DNA of 62,144 bases from an uncultured Pseudomonadota bacterium (GTDB taxonomy: Bacteria; Pseudomonadota; Alphaproteobacteria; UBA9219). Positions within the stretch are counted from its first letter, which is position 1. Every line of letters starts with the position of its first letter. Positions 18,102-28,368 of the stretch are shown here, piece after piece. The notes beneath the pieces were generated by a model. That model had not been told where the DNA came from, made no database searches, and saw only the letters and a list, made by a program, of their open reading frames with translations. The translations under genes were made by a program, and so were the position numbers. The stretch spans positions 1-62,144 of the forward strand of contig CAIXLI010000074.1 in the NCBI GenBank assembly GCA_903920205.1. The letters are read 5' to 3'.

Positions 18102-19394
18102 TCACAGAACGCAGGCGGCAGAGGGCTGAGCTTCAGCGGGGCGATAGGGGAATTCCAGCGATTTGCCGATTCTTGCGTACCGCTTAGCCAGCTCGGGATT
18201 GCTCAAAGCAATACCAGCTAAAGGATCAACGTAATGCGTTTGGTTAATGCCGAGCACCGCCCAGCCCAAAGACTGCCCACCGCCGACGCAATCGTTCAAG
18301 GACAGTCCGCCAACATAGGCGCGCAGAAATGCCGCGAAACAGCTATCGCCCGCCCCAGCAGGATTCACGATAAGGGGATTAAGAATCGCAGGATAATGTT
18401 TCCATCCCGCAGGCGTGACAAGACATGCGCCTTCCTTGCCAAGGGTAATCAACGCGACAGGATCACGCAACCCATGACAATGGGTTGCAAGAACACCCTC
18501 TCTGAAATTATGGCTGATCCGTTCGAAGATTTCAGGCAACGGCCTGTCGCCAAACACGTTCTTCGCCTCGGTTTCATTGCCCAGCAAAATATTGCAACTT
18601 GCAGAATACCAATCGATTAATCCCGCATTGTGAATGGCACATTTACGATCCGTCGGAAGGGTCAAAGCAGACATAGCTCCCCGCTCCCACCTTTCTTTAA
18701 AAATGCCGTCGACAAGGCCAGACGCAACATCGCGCATATTCAACGTCGTCAGAACGAGATCGGCTTCCCTGAACGCCTTCTGAACCGAGGCAAGCGCTAA
18801 AATCTGTGGATTGAGCCACTCATGAATGTCTTGAACGGGTTTCTTAAGAATGACCTTCCGCTTTTCTAAACTGAAAACGAGGGATATGGCGGGTGAAAGA
18901 TGACGACCCGTTATGTTTTCGACCTCAGTAATGTTGGCGCTGTCCAGCGCATCATGCAGCCTTTTATAGACAGCGGGGTCTCCGTCGGGCACAGCGCCCA
19001 GAAAAAGAATATCGGCGCCGGATTCTCCCGCCAAACGCGAAAGATTCACGGCAATATTCCCTCCCGTACCACCCGGAGAAATCGTGATTTTCCCGTTCCG
19101 CGCAAGACAGCCGACCGTCCTATGATAATGGGAATCGAAAACATGTTCCGACGGCGTGAACTTGTCGTTGGTCTCCGCCTCCAAGAAACCATCTTTTTGC
19201 AACATATCCATATCCTCTGGGGTAGAGGGGATATTGCAATCGAGGATAAGATACGGGTCGGCGATAACGATTTTGGGGTGAGGCGAAACGCCTTCCGTTA
19301 CGATCTGCCTGAGACTGGCTTCGAAAACGTCTACCGACCCCTCCAAAACCCAAGATTGTCCTCTGCGAATTCCGTCAATAATCGTGTCTGACAC
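18102..19394 (-). CDS. PfkB-family carbohydrate/nucleoside kinase with N-terminal extension of about 100 aa
   Basis: SPGGTGGNIAVNL (GG motif) and NPAGAGDSCFAAF (the DTxGAGD-type ATP/anion hole). Confidence 0.75.
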   Translation of the reverse strand: MSDTIIDGIRRGQSWVLEGSVDVFEASLRQIVTEGVSPHPKIVIADPYLILDCNIPSTPEDMDMLQKDGFLEAETNDKFTPSEHVFDSHYHRTVGCLARNGKITISPGGTGGNIAVNLSRLAGESGADILFLGAVPDGDPAVYKRLHDALDSANITEVENITGRHLSPAISLVFSLEKRKVILKKPVQDIHEWLNPQILALASVQKAFREADLVLTTLNMRDVASGLVDGIFKERWERGAMSALTLPTDRKCAIHNAGLIDWYSASCNILLGNETEAKNVFGDRPLPEIFERISHNFREGVLATHCHGLRDPVALITLGKEGACLVTPAGWKHYPAILNPLIVNPAGAGDSCFAAFLRAYVGGLSLNDCVGGGQSLGWAVLGINQTHYVDPLAGIALSNPELAKRYARIGKSLEFPYRPAEAQPSAACVL

Positions 19395-19623
19395 AAACTT
19401 ACCCTTTACTATAAACGCTTAAGCATAACTCTTGCTGTTAGAATCTTGTTTCCCTGCGCAATCATCGCCGTGTAAATCCCAACAATCGGCACGGATGAAC
19501 GTGCGGTTTGATTGGCGCGGTGGATATAACAGAGAGGATCGACATAATGATAGGGAATCTTTCATGAAAATAACGTTGTGCCCCGCGCGGAATCGATATG
19601 GACGCGAAACGATTAAGCCCCCC

Positions 19624-21846
19624 TTAAAGGCTCAGAACGCCATGGGCCACATTGGCGTTTATAGCCCTGTCTTGAAATTGGAGCGTAGACTGATGGAGGG
19701 GAGTGCGCATGCCTTCGAACATGATAAGGGCATGGTACCCGACCTTGACTGACTGAGCGGCAGAAGCGGGCTCGCCCCCAACAGCGCCGGAGTCGAGGCT
19801 GTTGAGCACTTGCTTCCACACAATGCCCGCAACTTCAGGCAACAGAAACTCAATGTCCCCACCCGTTGGATTGATCAGAGCCAAAAGCGGCGAATCCCGA
19901 TCCGAACGCATGACCAAACGCGTCAAATTCTGTTCGTGCGGAGGGCTGTTCCCTGGATCGCCGCTAAGCAGCATCTGAAACCCTCCAAGCCAGTCAATAG
20001 CCCCAACTTTACAAAAATCTTGGGCAAACGGATCAAGCCAAGTTACGTCTTTCATCGGGTTATCTGCAAAAGTCAGCCCGGATTCCAGATCAGCTTGCCC
20101 CGCAAACAGAGTCGCACGGCGCAATGACGGATGCGCAGCGCGAAACATATTGCATTCCTTTACAAATGCCATCAGATCGCGCCCTTGCGGCGTTACGGCG
20201 TCGTTCCACGGGATATAGCTTGTGTTGTTGTCCTGACAATACGGATTGGTATTGCCATTCTGACTTTTGCACCGTTCATGCCCCAGCGTCGTCATGGGAA
20301 TGCCTTGCGTAATGGCGAGAAGAGAAAACGCAAAGCGCTCAACGCGCAGGCGATCTTGTTCCGAAACCCAAAAGCCGTCGGGGTTGATTTCATTGCCGTC
20401 CCTGCCGTCCTCGCCATTGGGTCCATTTTGTTTAGCAAGATAGGCAACCATATCATCAAGCGTCGGTCCGTCATGCGAACCGATTTTGGTGACGCGCGCA
20501 TAGGGAGGGAGCAACTGTCCCGCCAATGCATTGATAATCCAGTTGCGCGGAATCTCTTTGTGACCTAGCGCAGCTTGCGGCAAGACATCGCGGGCGACAC
20601 GATCCCATTCGGCGACGATGTTTTGAGCGGACGACGCTCCGGGGGAAGTGGCACAAAGATTCCCGCACTGAACGCAGTTCGGGCCGAGATCCCATGGTTC
20701 GCCATAAAATTTTACGTCGCGCAAAAAGGCATCTTCGCGGATAGCGCGCATCATCGGGCTATGCGGATCGAAATCCTTGCCATGCACGCGTCCGACAATA
20801 GTGGCAAGATCAATCCTGAATCCGCTGACGCCCAAACGTTTCCAATGGCGCAACTCCTCCAAGAAAAAGCGGACGTTCATGGGGTGCCCGAAATCACGCG
20901 TATTGCCGCTGCCCGTATAGTCTCGATCAAGGTAGAGCGTTGAATCCATCCCGCGCAAATTAATGACGGGCCCATCACTGCGGCTTTCTAGCGTGTGGTT
21001 GGGAACAACATCGACAACCACCTCGATCCCATGCGCACGCAGGATCGAGATCGACTCATGAAACTCGCGCATTGGTTCCTTGCTCGCCGCATACCCTGTA
21101 TGGGGCGCCATGGGGGCCATCGGCATATACCCCCAATAATTCGACATACCGAGTCCAGCCAGCCTAACATCGCTACCATAGGCTCCAGGAGGCTGCACTT
21201 CCACCGTTGTAAAGCACATGTCTTGAAGCCAAGCTATAAACGCTGGATGGGATAAGGCTTTATAGGTGCCCCGGATTTCGGGTGGAATATCGGGATGGAG
21301 ACACGTCGCCCCCTTGACATGCATTTCAAGGATAACCGAGTCGGTATGGGGGTGGATAAACCCCTGCTTCGTTTGGCTCTCGAGCCTGCGCCAATCAACA
21401 ATGCGCCCCTTAGGCATAAGCGAGGCATTATCTTCACGGTTATGGGGGAAATGCAGGGGATCCCACTGATGAAGCTCATGTGTCACTTCTCGGGCGCAGA
21501 AATCGATCAACAGCTTGTTCGGGTTAAAAAAGAACCCTTTTTCAGGTGCATAAGGCCCATCGACGCGGAAACCATACAGGTCGCTCTCCCGCGCATCGGG
21601 CACGACGCCGTGCCAGATATAACCGATGATGCCACCGTCCTGTTCCACCGGCTGTTTCGCCGTCAAATCATAACGACGCTCAAAGAAAGGATTTTTCTGC
21701 GGATACACGCAAACTTGAACACCTTGCGCCGCCGCGCCTGTATAGAAGGCAAAATTGGTGCCTCCGACCAACGGTGTCGCCCCCAAAAGTTCCGGATCAC
21801 CCCCCGAAACCGCCCCACAATGCTCCGCACTCATCAATTCGCTCAT
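19624..21846 (-). CDS. glgX: Glycogen debranching enzyme (GH13, GlgX type)
   Basis: 740 aa. GIEVVVDVVPNHT, GFRIDLA, YGEPWD and SHDGPTLDD correspond to GH13 conserved regions I-IV. Confidence 0.85.
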   Translation of the reverse strand: MSELMSAEHCGAVSGGDPELLGATPLVGGTNFAFYTGAAAQGVQVCVYPQKNPFFERRYDLTAKQPVEQDGGIIGYIWHGVVPDARESDLYGFRVDGPYAPEKGFFFNPNKLLIDFCAREVTHELHQWDPLHFPHNREDNASLMPKGRIVDWRRLESQTKQGFIHPHTDSVILEMHVKGATCLHPDIPPEIRGTYKALSHPAFIAWLQDMCFTTVEVQPPGAYGSDVRLAGLGMSNYWGYMPMAPMAPHTGYAASKEPMREFHESISILRAHGIEVVVDVVPNHTLESRSDGPVINLRGMDSTLYLDRDYTGSGNTRDFGHPMNVRFFLEELRHWKRLGVSGFRIDLATIVGRVHGKDFDPHSPMMRAIREDAFLRDVKFYGEPWDLGPNCVQCGNLCATSPGASSAQNIVAEWDRVARDVLPQAALGHKEIPRNWIINALAGQLLPPYARVTKIGSHDGPTLDDMVAYLAKQNGPNGEDGRDGNEINPDGFWVSEQDRLRVERFAFSLLAITQGIPMTTLGHERCKSQNGNTNPYCQDNNTSYIPWNDAVTPQGRDLMAFVKECNMFRAAHPSLRRATLFAGQADLESGLTFADNPMKDVTWLDPFAQDFCKVGAIDWLGGFQMLLSGDPGNSPPHEQNLTRLVMRSDRDSPLLALINPTGGDIEFLLPEVAGIVWKQVLNSLDSGAVGGEPASAAQSVKVGYHALIMFEGMRTPLHQSTLQFQDRAINANVAHGVLSL

Positions 21847-22050
21847 TGGTACTAACTACGCTCTTGAATAACAACACAGAAGAAGTTGGTTGTTTGTAGA
21901 GTAAATGAAGCAGAGATAGCAAGCTCCACATGAGTTTCAGAACAACAATCCTGAGAATGTCGAAACGCCTATTTTTCGCGCCTCCGTCAGAGCGCAATTA
22001 ATGCCGAATAATTGGGGGGCTGAAGGGAGGGTTGTTTCAGGCTAAAGAAA

Positions 22051-22125
22051 TGGTGCCGATTGTGTGATTCGAACACACGACCTACCGCTTACAAGGCGGT
22101 TGCTCTACCCCTGAGCTAAATCGGC
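22051..22125 (-). tRNA. tRNA-Thr (UGU)
   Basis: Reverse complement GCCGATTTAGCTCAGGGGTAGAGCAACCGCCTTGTAAGCGGTAGGTCGTGTGTTCGAATCACACAATCGGCACCA. Anticodon loop CTTGTAA. CCA is encoded. Confidence 0.9.
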
Positions 22126-22247
22126 TAACTGTTTCTCCTCATAAGGCGAATGAGGAATGGATAGATATGCTTTTGTCGATCATGTAACACAACATTCTAC
22201 CAACTTCCAACTGGAAGTGCAGGGGCATTGCTGCTAAACAAAAATTC

Positions 22248-23099
22248 ATGACGAATCCGCAACAAATGATGGCTGATCTGGCGTGGCAGATCGAGTGTGG
22301 AGCCGATGAAGCGATCGGCGAAGAGGCTGGTTTTTTGTCGTGGAAAGGGTTAACGGCGAAAACGCGCCTTCAGGCTGAGGAAAGCCGCAGGGATGAACCG
22401 GCGCTTGCCGCCCCTTCCGCCCCCCCTCCCCGCGCCGTTGTTTCTATCGTCCCCCCTGTTGCCGCCCCCCTTCCCGCCGAAGCCCGCCCCCGCGTTGCGG
22501 CACAGACGCTGGAGGAACTGCGCGAGGAAGTCTCCCGTTTTGAGGGCTGCGCCTTACGAGCCACCGCCATGAATTTGGTCTTTGCCGATGGCAACCCCGC
22601 CTCGCCCGTCATGTTCATCGGCGAAGCCCCGGGGGAAGAGGAAGACCGGCAGGGCAAACCCTTTGTCGGGGTCAGCGGTCAGTTGTTCGACCGTATGCTG
22701 GCGGCGGCAGGCATCGCCCGATCCGGCATCTATATCTCCAACATCCTGTTCTGGCGCCCCCCGGGCAATCGCACCCCAACGGACGCCGAGATCGCCTCAT
22801 GCATTCCCTTCGTAGAGAGGCATATCGCCTTGATAAAGCCAAAAGTTTTGGTTCTTTTGGGGGGCGTCGCGGCAAAGACCCTGCTTCAAACCAAGGAGGG
22901 AATTACCCGTCTTCACGGGCGCTGGACCACCTATTCCCCGCCGCCGGAATCGGGCGTGGACGCCGCCCTTCCCTGCCTGCCGCTCTATCATCCGGCCTAT
23001 CTGCTGCGTCAGGCGAGCGCCAAACGTCAAGCGTGGAACGACATATTATTACTCAAAAAACACCTGACAGACAATAACATATTGATAAACAACGAATAA
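22248..23099 (+). CDS. Uracil-DNA glycosylase, family 4, with Pro/Ala-rich N-terminal extension
   Basis: [24 protein letters not shown] and a C-terminal HPAYLLR motif. Confidence 0.85.
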   Translation: MTNPQQMMADLAWQIECGADEAIGEEAGFLSWKGLTAKTRLQAEESRRDEPALAAPSAPPPRAVVSIVPPVAAPLPAEARPRVAAQTLEELREEVSRFEGCALRATAMNLVFADGNPASPVMFIGEAPGEEEDRQGKPFVGVSGQLFDRMLAAAGIARSGIYISNILFWRPPGNRTPTDAEIASCIPFVERHIALIKPKVLVLLGGVAAKTLLQTKEGITRLHGRWTTYSPPPESGVDAALPCLPLYHPAYLLRQASAKRQAWNDILLLKKHLTDNNILINNE

Positions 23100-23169
23100 A
23101 TCTCATTTACCCTTTTTTAGTAGCCGATTTTACTTGCCCTACCCCCCTTTCATCCCTAGTAGCGTCGGG

Positions 23170-25041
23170 ATGAACGAAGCCTCGCCCCCCAGACATGCCG
23201 TCATTCGCCTGCCTAAATTGGCAGCGATCATGCTTGTCTTTTTGGGACTGAGCGCCAATACGCATCTGGACGCCGCAATCGCAGGGCAGCCTCCCGCAAC
23301 CATCCCTCAACCGCAGGGAAGTCCTCAGGCCAAAGCCTCGCTGGATACGGGAAGCGACCCCAGTCAGGTTTTGTCGGCATGGGACGCCGCCTTGTACCGC
23401 GCCGCTTTTGCCGCGCAGGAAAAGGCCGACTGGAAATTCGCCGACGACGCCTTGGCTCAGGTCAAAGACAAAAGACTGGTCGGGCATGTTCTGGCAGACC
23501 GCTATTTGCGCCGCGACCTTACTCTGGACGAGGTCAGACAATGGATGGCAGCTTATTCGGATATGCCGGAGGCTATGGCCCTTTACGAAAAAGCCAAGCA
23601 TCTGCGCGGTTTTTCCGCCTCCTCCCTCAAACGCCCCCCGACGGTATCGTCGTGGTCGGGCAATAGCGGGTTTGGGTCGTCTGCGGGCTTCCACAGCACC
23701 AACGACAATGACGTCCCTGCGCCCAAGAAACATTCCGGCTCCAAAATAAAGGCCGCCTTGCGGCACGGCAATCCTATCAAAGCACGCGATATTCTGTCCG
23801 CTGAACTGCGGCGCGGCGCGCTATCAACCGATGCGGCAGGCGATGCTGTCAGCCATATCGCCGCGACCTTTTTCTATGAAGGCGACATCGACAGAGCCCG
23901 ACCGATGGCGCATCTGGCAGGAGACGCAGGCATTCCGCTGGGCCTATGGATCGAAGGGTTATCGGCGTGGAAACAACAGGACTTCCCCGTGGCCGCGCGT
24001 TCTTTTGTCCGACTTGCCCAAACAGGGGGTCTTTCTTCGTGGGATCGGGCAGCGGCTTCTTATTGGGCGTATCGCGCCACAAGCCATCTGGGCGATAAAA
24101 CACAGGCTCATCGCTGGCTGGCGGAGGCGGCGAAAACGCCGCGCAGTTTCTACGGCGCTATGGCGGCGACCCTGATCGGGGAGAACGCCTCCCGTTCATG
24201 GAAAATGCCCGAATTAAACGCCAAGAACATAGCCGTTCTGGCAAAACGCCCCGCCGGAGCGCGCGCCTTAGCTCTGGTGCAAATCGGGCAGCGTGATCTA
24301 GCCGAGAGCGAATTGCGCCGTATGCCCCCCGCAGATTTGCGCGAGGCTCAGACGGCAATGCTGGCTTTGGCTGAAAAGGCGCATATGCCGTCCTTGATCC
24401 TGCAATTAAGCGGCGTCGCCACAAACGACAACGGGCAGCCCTATGAAGCCGCCCAATACCCCCTGCCCCCGTGGCAGCCCACAGGCGGGTTCAAAGTTGA
24501 CCGCGCCTTGATTTACGCGCTGATGCGCCATGAATCCCTCTTCGATCCCGAGGCAGTCAGCCAGCGCGGGGCCTGCGGTTTGATGCAGATTATGCCTTCG
24601 ACCGCACGCCAGATATCCAACGAGAACCGCGCTGAACGCGCAAGCTTCGACTGCCCCGACCGTTTGTTCGATCCGGCGACGAATATGGATATGGGACAAA
24701 AATATGTTCGCGTCCTGGCCGGACAGCCGATGATCGGCGATAATCTTTTGTTGCTTCTTGCGGCCTATAATGGTGGCCCCGGCAATCTTGCGCACTGGCT
24801 CGACGGCGATGACCGCGCCGATCCTTTGCTGTTCGTCGAAAGCCTTCCTTTGCGAGAAACCCGCGACTATGTGCAGCAAGTTCTGATGCAATACAGGATG
24901 TACCGCGCGCGCCTGTCTGAACCGGAAACCGCCATCACGCAATTGGCTCACGGCAAATGGCCCCGCTATGCCCTGCGCGACGATACACAAAACCTCGAAC
25001 TCGCCAGCATCGAGCCTTTGGCGATGGGCGGAGCGCGATAA
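23170..25041 (+). CDS. Soluble lytic murein transglycosylase (Slt70-like)
   Basis: Signal peptide after the internal ATG (MNEASPP...LGLSANTHLDA). Superhelical repeat region. Catalytic RHESLFDPEAVSQRGACGLMQIMPSTA and AYNGGPGN motifs. Confidence 0.85.
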   Translation: MNEASPPRHAVIRLPKLAAIMLVFLGLSANTHLDAAIAGQPPATIPQPQGSPQAKASLDTGSDPSQVLSAWDAALYRAAFAAQEKADWKFADDALAQVKDKRLVGHVLADRYLRRDLTLDEVRQWMAAYSDMPEAMALYEKAKHLRGFSASSLKRPPTVSSWSGNSGFGSSAGFHSTNDNDVPAPKKHSGSKIKAALRHGNPIKARDILSAELRRGALSTDAAGDAVSHIAATFFYEGDIDRARPMAHLAGDAGIPLGLWIEGLSAWKQQDFPVAARSFVRLAQTGGLSSWDRAAASYWAYRATSHLGDKTQAHRWLAEAAKTPRSFYGAMAATLIGENASRSWKMPELNAKNIAVLAKRPAGARALALVQIGQRDLAESELRRMPPADLREAQTAMLALAEKAHMPSLILQLSGVATNDNGQPYEAAQYPLPPWQPTGGFKVDRALIYALMRHESLFDPEAVSQRGACGLMQIMPSTARQISNENRAERASFDCPDRLFDPATNMDMGQKYVRVLAGQPMIGDNLLLLLAAYNGGPGNLAHWLDGDDRADPLLFVESLPLRETRDYVQQVLMQYRMYRARLSEPETAITQLAHGKWPRYALRDDTQNLELASIEPLAMGGAR

Positions 25042-25139
25042 TAACGAAGGATGAAAGTAAAAAAGGCAGATCGCTCAAGAAAATACGATGTACAATCGAA
25101 GCGTAAAGTTTAGAATCTAAAGAATTAAGGAGAAAATAT

Positions 25140-25778
25140 ATGGGATCCGCTACTGAAGAAATGAAACAGCAAAACTTTGTCGTGGCTTGCGGTTGGTCTG
25201 AAAATGCAGACCTCACATTTCTTTCAGACCAAAAACATCTGATCATTTTTGTTAAGGACGGATATAGCCTTTTCAAAGCCAACGCCGAATTACTAACGAA
25301 CCGCCTCGCCAATATCTCCAAAAAAACAACGATCATCATTGCACATCCAGACAGTCCCTATATGGATGCCATAGCCAATATGGATGACAATAAGAAAGGC
25401 AAGCCTGAATCGCAAAGAAGCGACAGCTTGCAAGCCGTTCGGCTTTTACAGGAAATTCAGCAAAAGCTTGCGAGTGACGATCAAGGAGACATCTCTTTGT
25501 TAAACCGCGTCACCTTCATGGGGCATCACAATGTCCCGACATGGACAGGATTCGTTGGCGACGATATCGCTCGCGTCAATCTCTATCCCACACGACCTTA
25601 CCGTGGCAGCCTCCTTTGCTTAACAGGGCAAAAGAACGGGAAGCAGGACAGTGGCATGGTTTATAAAGGAGCTTTAACCGACTGCGATGAGATTCTTGCA
25701 GAAGCAAAAAAAGATCCGCGCAACAACCTCTGGAACTATCAACTTCCGAGCACAATGCCCGATCTGCGCCAAGGGTGA
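25140..25778 (+). CDS. Hypothetical protein (orphan, AT-rich gene)
   Basis: 212-aa ORF with a clean ATG and AAGGAG upstream. I recognise no motif. Composition is clearly lower in GC than the flanks. Confidence 0.5.
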   Translation: MGSATEEMKQQNFVVACGWSENADLTFLSDQKHLIIFVKDGYSLFKANAELLTNRLANISKKTTIIIAHPDSPYMDAIANMDDNKKGKPESQRSDSLQAVRLLQEIQQKLASDDQGDISLLNRVTFMGHHNVPTWTGFVGDDIARVNLYPTRPYRGSLLCLTGQKNGKQDSGMVYKGALTDCDEILAEAKKDPRNNLWNYQLPSTMPDLRQG

Positions 25779-25836
25779 AGGAACGGGATTTCTTGAAAGG
25801 ATAAAGAGGCCTACACCAGGCAAGCCGCGTGTTCCC

Positions 25837-26922
25837 CTACCTCAACTTCAGCGTCGACAGCCCAATCAATCCCAAAACACAGGCAATAATCCAGAAGCGG
25901 ATCACGACGGTCGGTTCCGACCAACCTAGTTTCTCAAAATGATGATGAATGGGCGCCATGCGGAACACCCTTTTGCCCGTCAGCTTGAAAGAAGCGACTT
26001 GGATAACGACCGACAAAGTCTCCATCACAAACAAACCGCCGATGATCGCCAGAACAAGCTCGTGCTTCACGATCACCGCGACCGTTCCCAAAGCGCTGCC
26101 CAAAGACAGCGATCCCGTATCGCCCATAAACACTTGCGCGGGCGGGGCGTTAAACCACAGAAATCCCAGACAGGCTCCGACCAACGAACCGCAGAACACC
26201 GCTAATTCTCCCGCGCCCTGCACATGATGGATTTGCAAATAATTCGAGAACACAAGGTTGCCGACCAGATAGGTGATGATGATAAAGCACAAAGCGGCGA
26301 TGATAACCGGAACCGTCGCCAACCCATCCAAGCCGTCGGTCAGGTTGACGGCGTTGCTCGCGCCGACGATTACGAAAATCGCAAACGGCACGAACAGAAG
26401 CCCCAGTTGCATCATGTAGTCTTTAACAAAGGGAATGGCGACAGCGCTGGATGTCGTAGGCGCGGCAGCGCTGGCAATGGCGAAAACAGCCAAAGCAGCA
26501 ATAATAACCTGAATAGCAAGCCGCACCCGCCCGGGCACGCCGTCGGAGGAACGCCGCGTCAATTTGCGATAATCGTCAAAAAAACCGACCAGCCCAAACC
26601 CGACCGTGACGAATAAAACCGTCCATGTATAAAGGTTCGACAAATCCATCCAAAGCAACGTGCTGGCGATCACGGACACCAAAACCATCAGGCCACCCAT
26701 GGTGGGCGTGCCTTTTTTCTTCAAATGCGATTCAGGCCCATCATGACGGATGGGTTGGCCTTCGCCCTGTTTGGCCTTCAACCAACGGATGATCGCAGGG
26801 CCAAAGACAAAGCAGATCACAAGCGAAGTCGCCATCGCGCAACCGGTGCGGAACGTGATGTACCTGAACAGGTTGAACAGAATAAAATTATGCGCGAAGG
26901 GAGCCAGAAGATGAAAAAGCAT
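25837..26922 (-). CDS. mraY: Phospho-N-acetylmuramoyl-pentapeptide transferase
   Basis: 361 aa, polytopic. [27 protein letters not shown] and APIHHHFE motifs. Confidence 0.95.
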   Translation of the reverse strand: MLFHLLAPFAHNFILFNLFRYITFRTGCAMATSLVICFVFGPAIIRWLKAKQGEGQPIRHDGPESHLKKKGTPTMGGLMVLVSVIASTLLWMDLSNLYTWTVLFVTVGFGLVGFFDDYRKLTRRSSDGVPGRVRLAIQVIIAALAVFAIASAAAPTTSSAVAIPFVKDYMMQLGLLFVPFAIFVIVGASNAVNLTDGLDGLATVPVIIAALCFIIITYLVGNLVFSNYLQIHHVQGAGELAVFCGSLVGACLGFLWFNAPPAQVFMGDTGSLSLGSALGTVAVIVKHELVLAIIGGLFVMETLSVVIQVASFKLTGKRVFRMAPIHHHFEKLGWSEPTVVIRFWIIACVLGLIGLSTLKLR

Positions 26923-26934
26923 GGGGTTCCTTGG

Positions 26935-28368
26935 TTAGCTGGCGATTTTTTGCGGTGTTACAACGTTAAGCGATTTCAGCGCGTCAATAACAAGGCTCAA
27001 TTTCAAACTGTTCGACCCTTTGACCGTGACCACATCGTCGGCGCGAACAGCCTGCGCCACAAGAGGGGTCAGACTTGCGCTGTCGGACGCATAGCCGCCG
27101 CGCAACGCTTGAGGCAAAGCATCGTAAAGATAACGCATCATCTCGCCGCAGCAGAAAACCAGCGAGACTTTAGCGGCGAGAATCGCGGACGCAAGCTCGG
27201 CATGCAGCGCAGGCGCAGTCGCACCCAATTCGCGCATATCGCCTAAAACCAGAAGACGTCGGCCGTTGTGCGCCGGAACGATAGTCGCCAAAACACCGAT
27301 CACGGCGCGCACGGCGGCAGGACTGGCGTTATAGCTTTCGTCGATCAGGGTAAAACTTTCGCCGTCGGACAGCGCGACGCTTTGTGAAACGCCACGTCCT
27401 TTGGGCGGTTGATAATGCGCCAGAGCCGCCGCGCACTCCTCCGCCTTGCCGCTCGCCGCGAAGGAAGTCAAAAGCGCCGCCAGAGAATTCTGCACCAAAT
27501 GCATGCCTCGCGCCTCAAGCGCATAACGAACGGGATGCCCTGCAATCACGGCGTTTACGGCGCTTCCCTCCGCCGTCACGGTGCGATCGACCAACGCGGC
27601 ATCAGCTTTGCCGTCCTTGGAGAATGATAGGATTTTCTTAATGCCCCGCCCCTTCGCCGCCGCGACAAGACGCGCATAATGCGGATTGTCACGGTTGAGG
27701 ATGGCGATACCGCTTTCGCTCATACCCACGAAAATTTCTGCTTTAGCATCGGCAATAGCCTCAGTCGAAGCAAAGAATTCCAGATGCGCCGCCTCGACCG
27801 TCGTAATCACGGCAATATCGGGACGGGCAAGGGCAGAAAGTTCTGCCAGTTCGCCCGCATGGTTCATGCCCATTTCCAGCACGCCGTAATTGGCATCGGG
27901 CGGCAAACAGGCAAGGGTCAAAGGAAGCCCCCAATGATTGTTCAAGCTTCCCCGATTAGCATGGGTTTTCCCGACCGCCCCCAAAGCCAGACGCAGCATT
28001 TCCTTGGTGCTGGTTTTGCCGACCGATCCTGTCACGGCGATGATGGTGCCTTGGGCACGGTCGCGTCCTGCGCGTCCCAACGCCTGCAGCGCCAGAAAAG
28101 TGTCTTCAACAAAGATCAACGGCGCATCAGGCGGCACCTGCATGGGTTGGCGCGAAACCAAAGCCGCCGAAGCACCCGCCGCGAAAGCGGCGGAGACGTG
28201 ATCGTGTCCGTCATGCGCGGGGCCTTGCAAGGCGATGAACAAATCACCCTGCGTCGTCGTGCGGCTGTCAATCGAGACGCCATCCGCGCTCCATGATTGT
28301 TCATGCAAACACCGTCCGCGCACAGCGCGAACGACATCTTCCGCCTGCCAAAGGGGTAACGTTGTCAT
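26935..28368 (-). CDS. murF: UDP-N-acetylmuramoyl-tripeptide--D-alanyl-D-alanine ligase
   Basis: VTGSVGKTSTKEM P-loop, Mur ligase layout, position between murE and mraY. Confidence 0.9.
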   Translation of the reverse strand: MTTLPLWQAEDVVRAVRGRCLHEQSWSADGVSIDSRTTTQGDLFIALQGPAHDGHDHVSAAFAAGASAALVSRQPMQVPPDAPLIFVEDTFLALQALGRAGRDRAQGTIIAVTGSVGKTSTKEMLRLALGAVGKTHANRGSLNNHWGLPLTLACLPPDANYGVLEMGMNHAGELAELSALARPDIAVITTVEAAHLEFFASTEAIADAKAEIFVGMSESGIAILNRDNPHYARLVAAAKGRGIKKILSFSKDGKADAALVDRTVTAEGSAVNAVIAGHPVRYALEARGMHLVQNSLAALLTSFAASGKAEECAAALAHYQPPKGRGVSQSVALSDGESFTLIDESYNASPAAVRAVIGVLATIVPAHNGRRLLVLGDMRELGATAPALHAELASAILAAKVSLVFCCGEMMRYLYDALPQALRGGYASDSASLTPLVAQAVRADDVVTVKGSNSLKLSLVIDALKSLNVVTPQKIAS

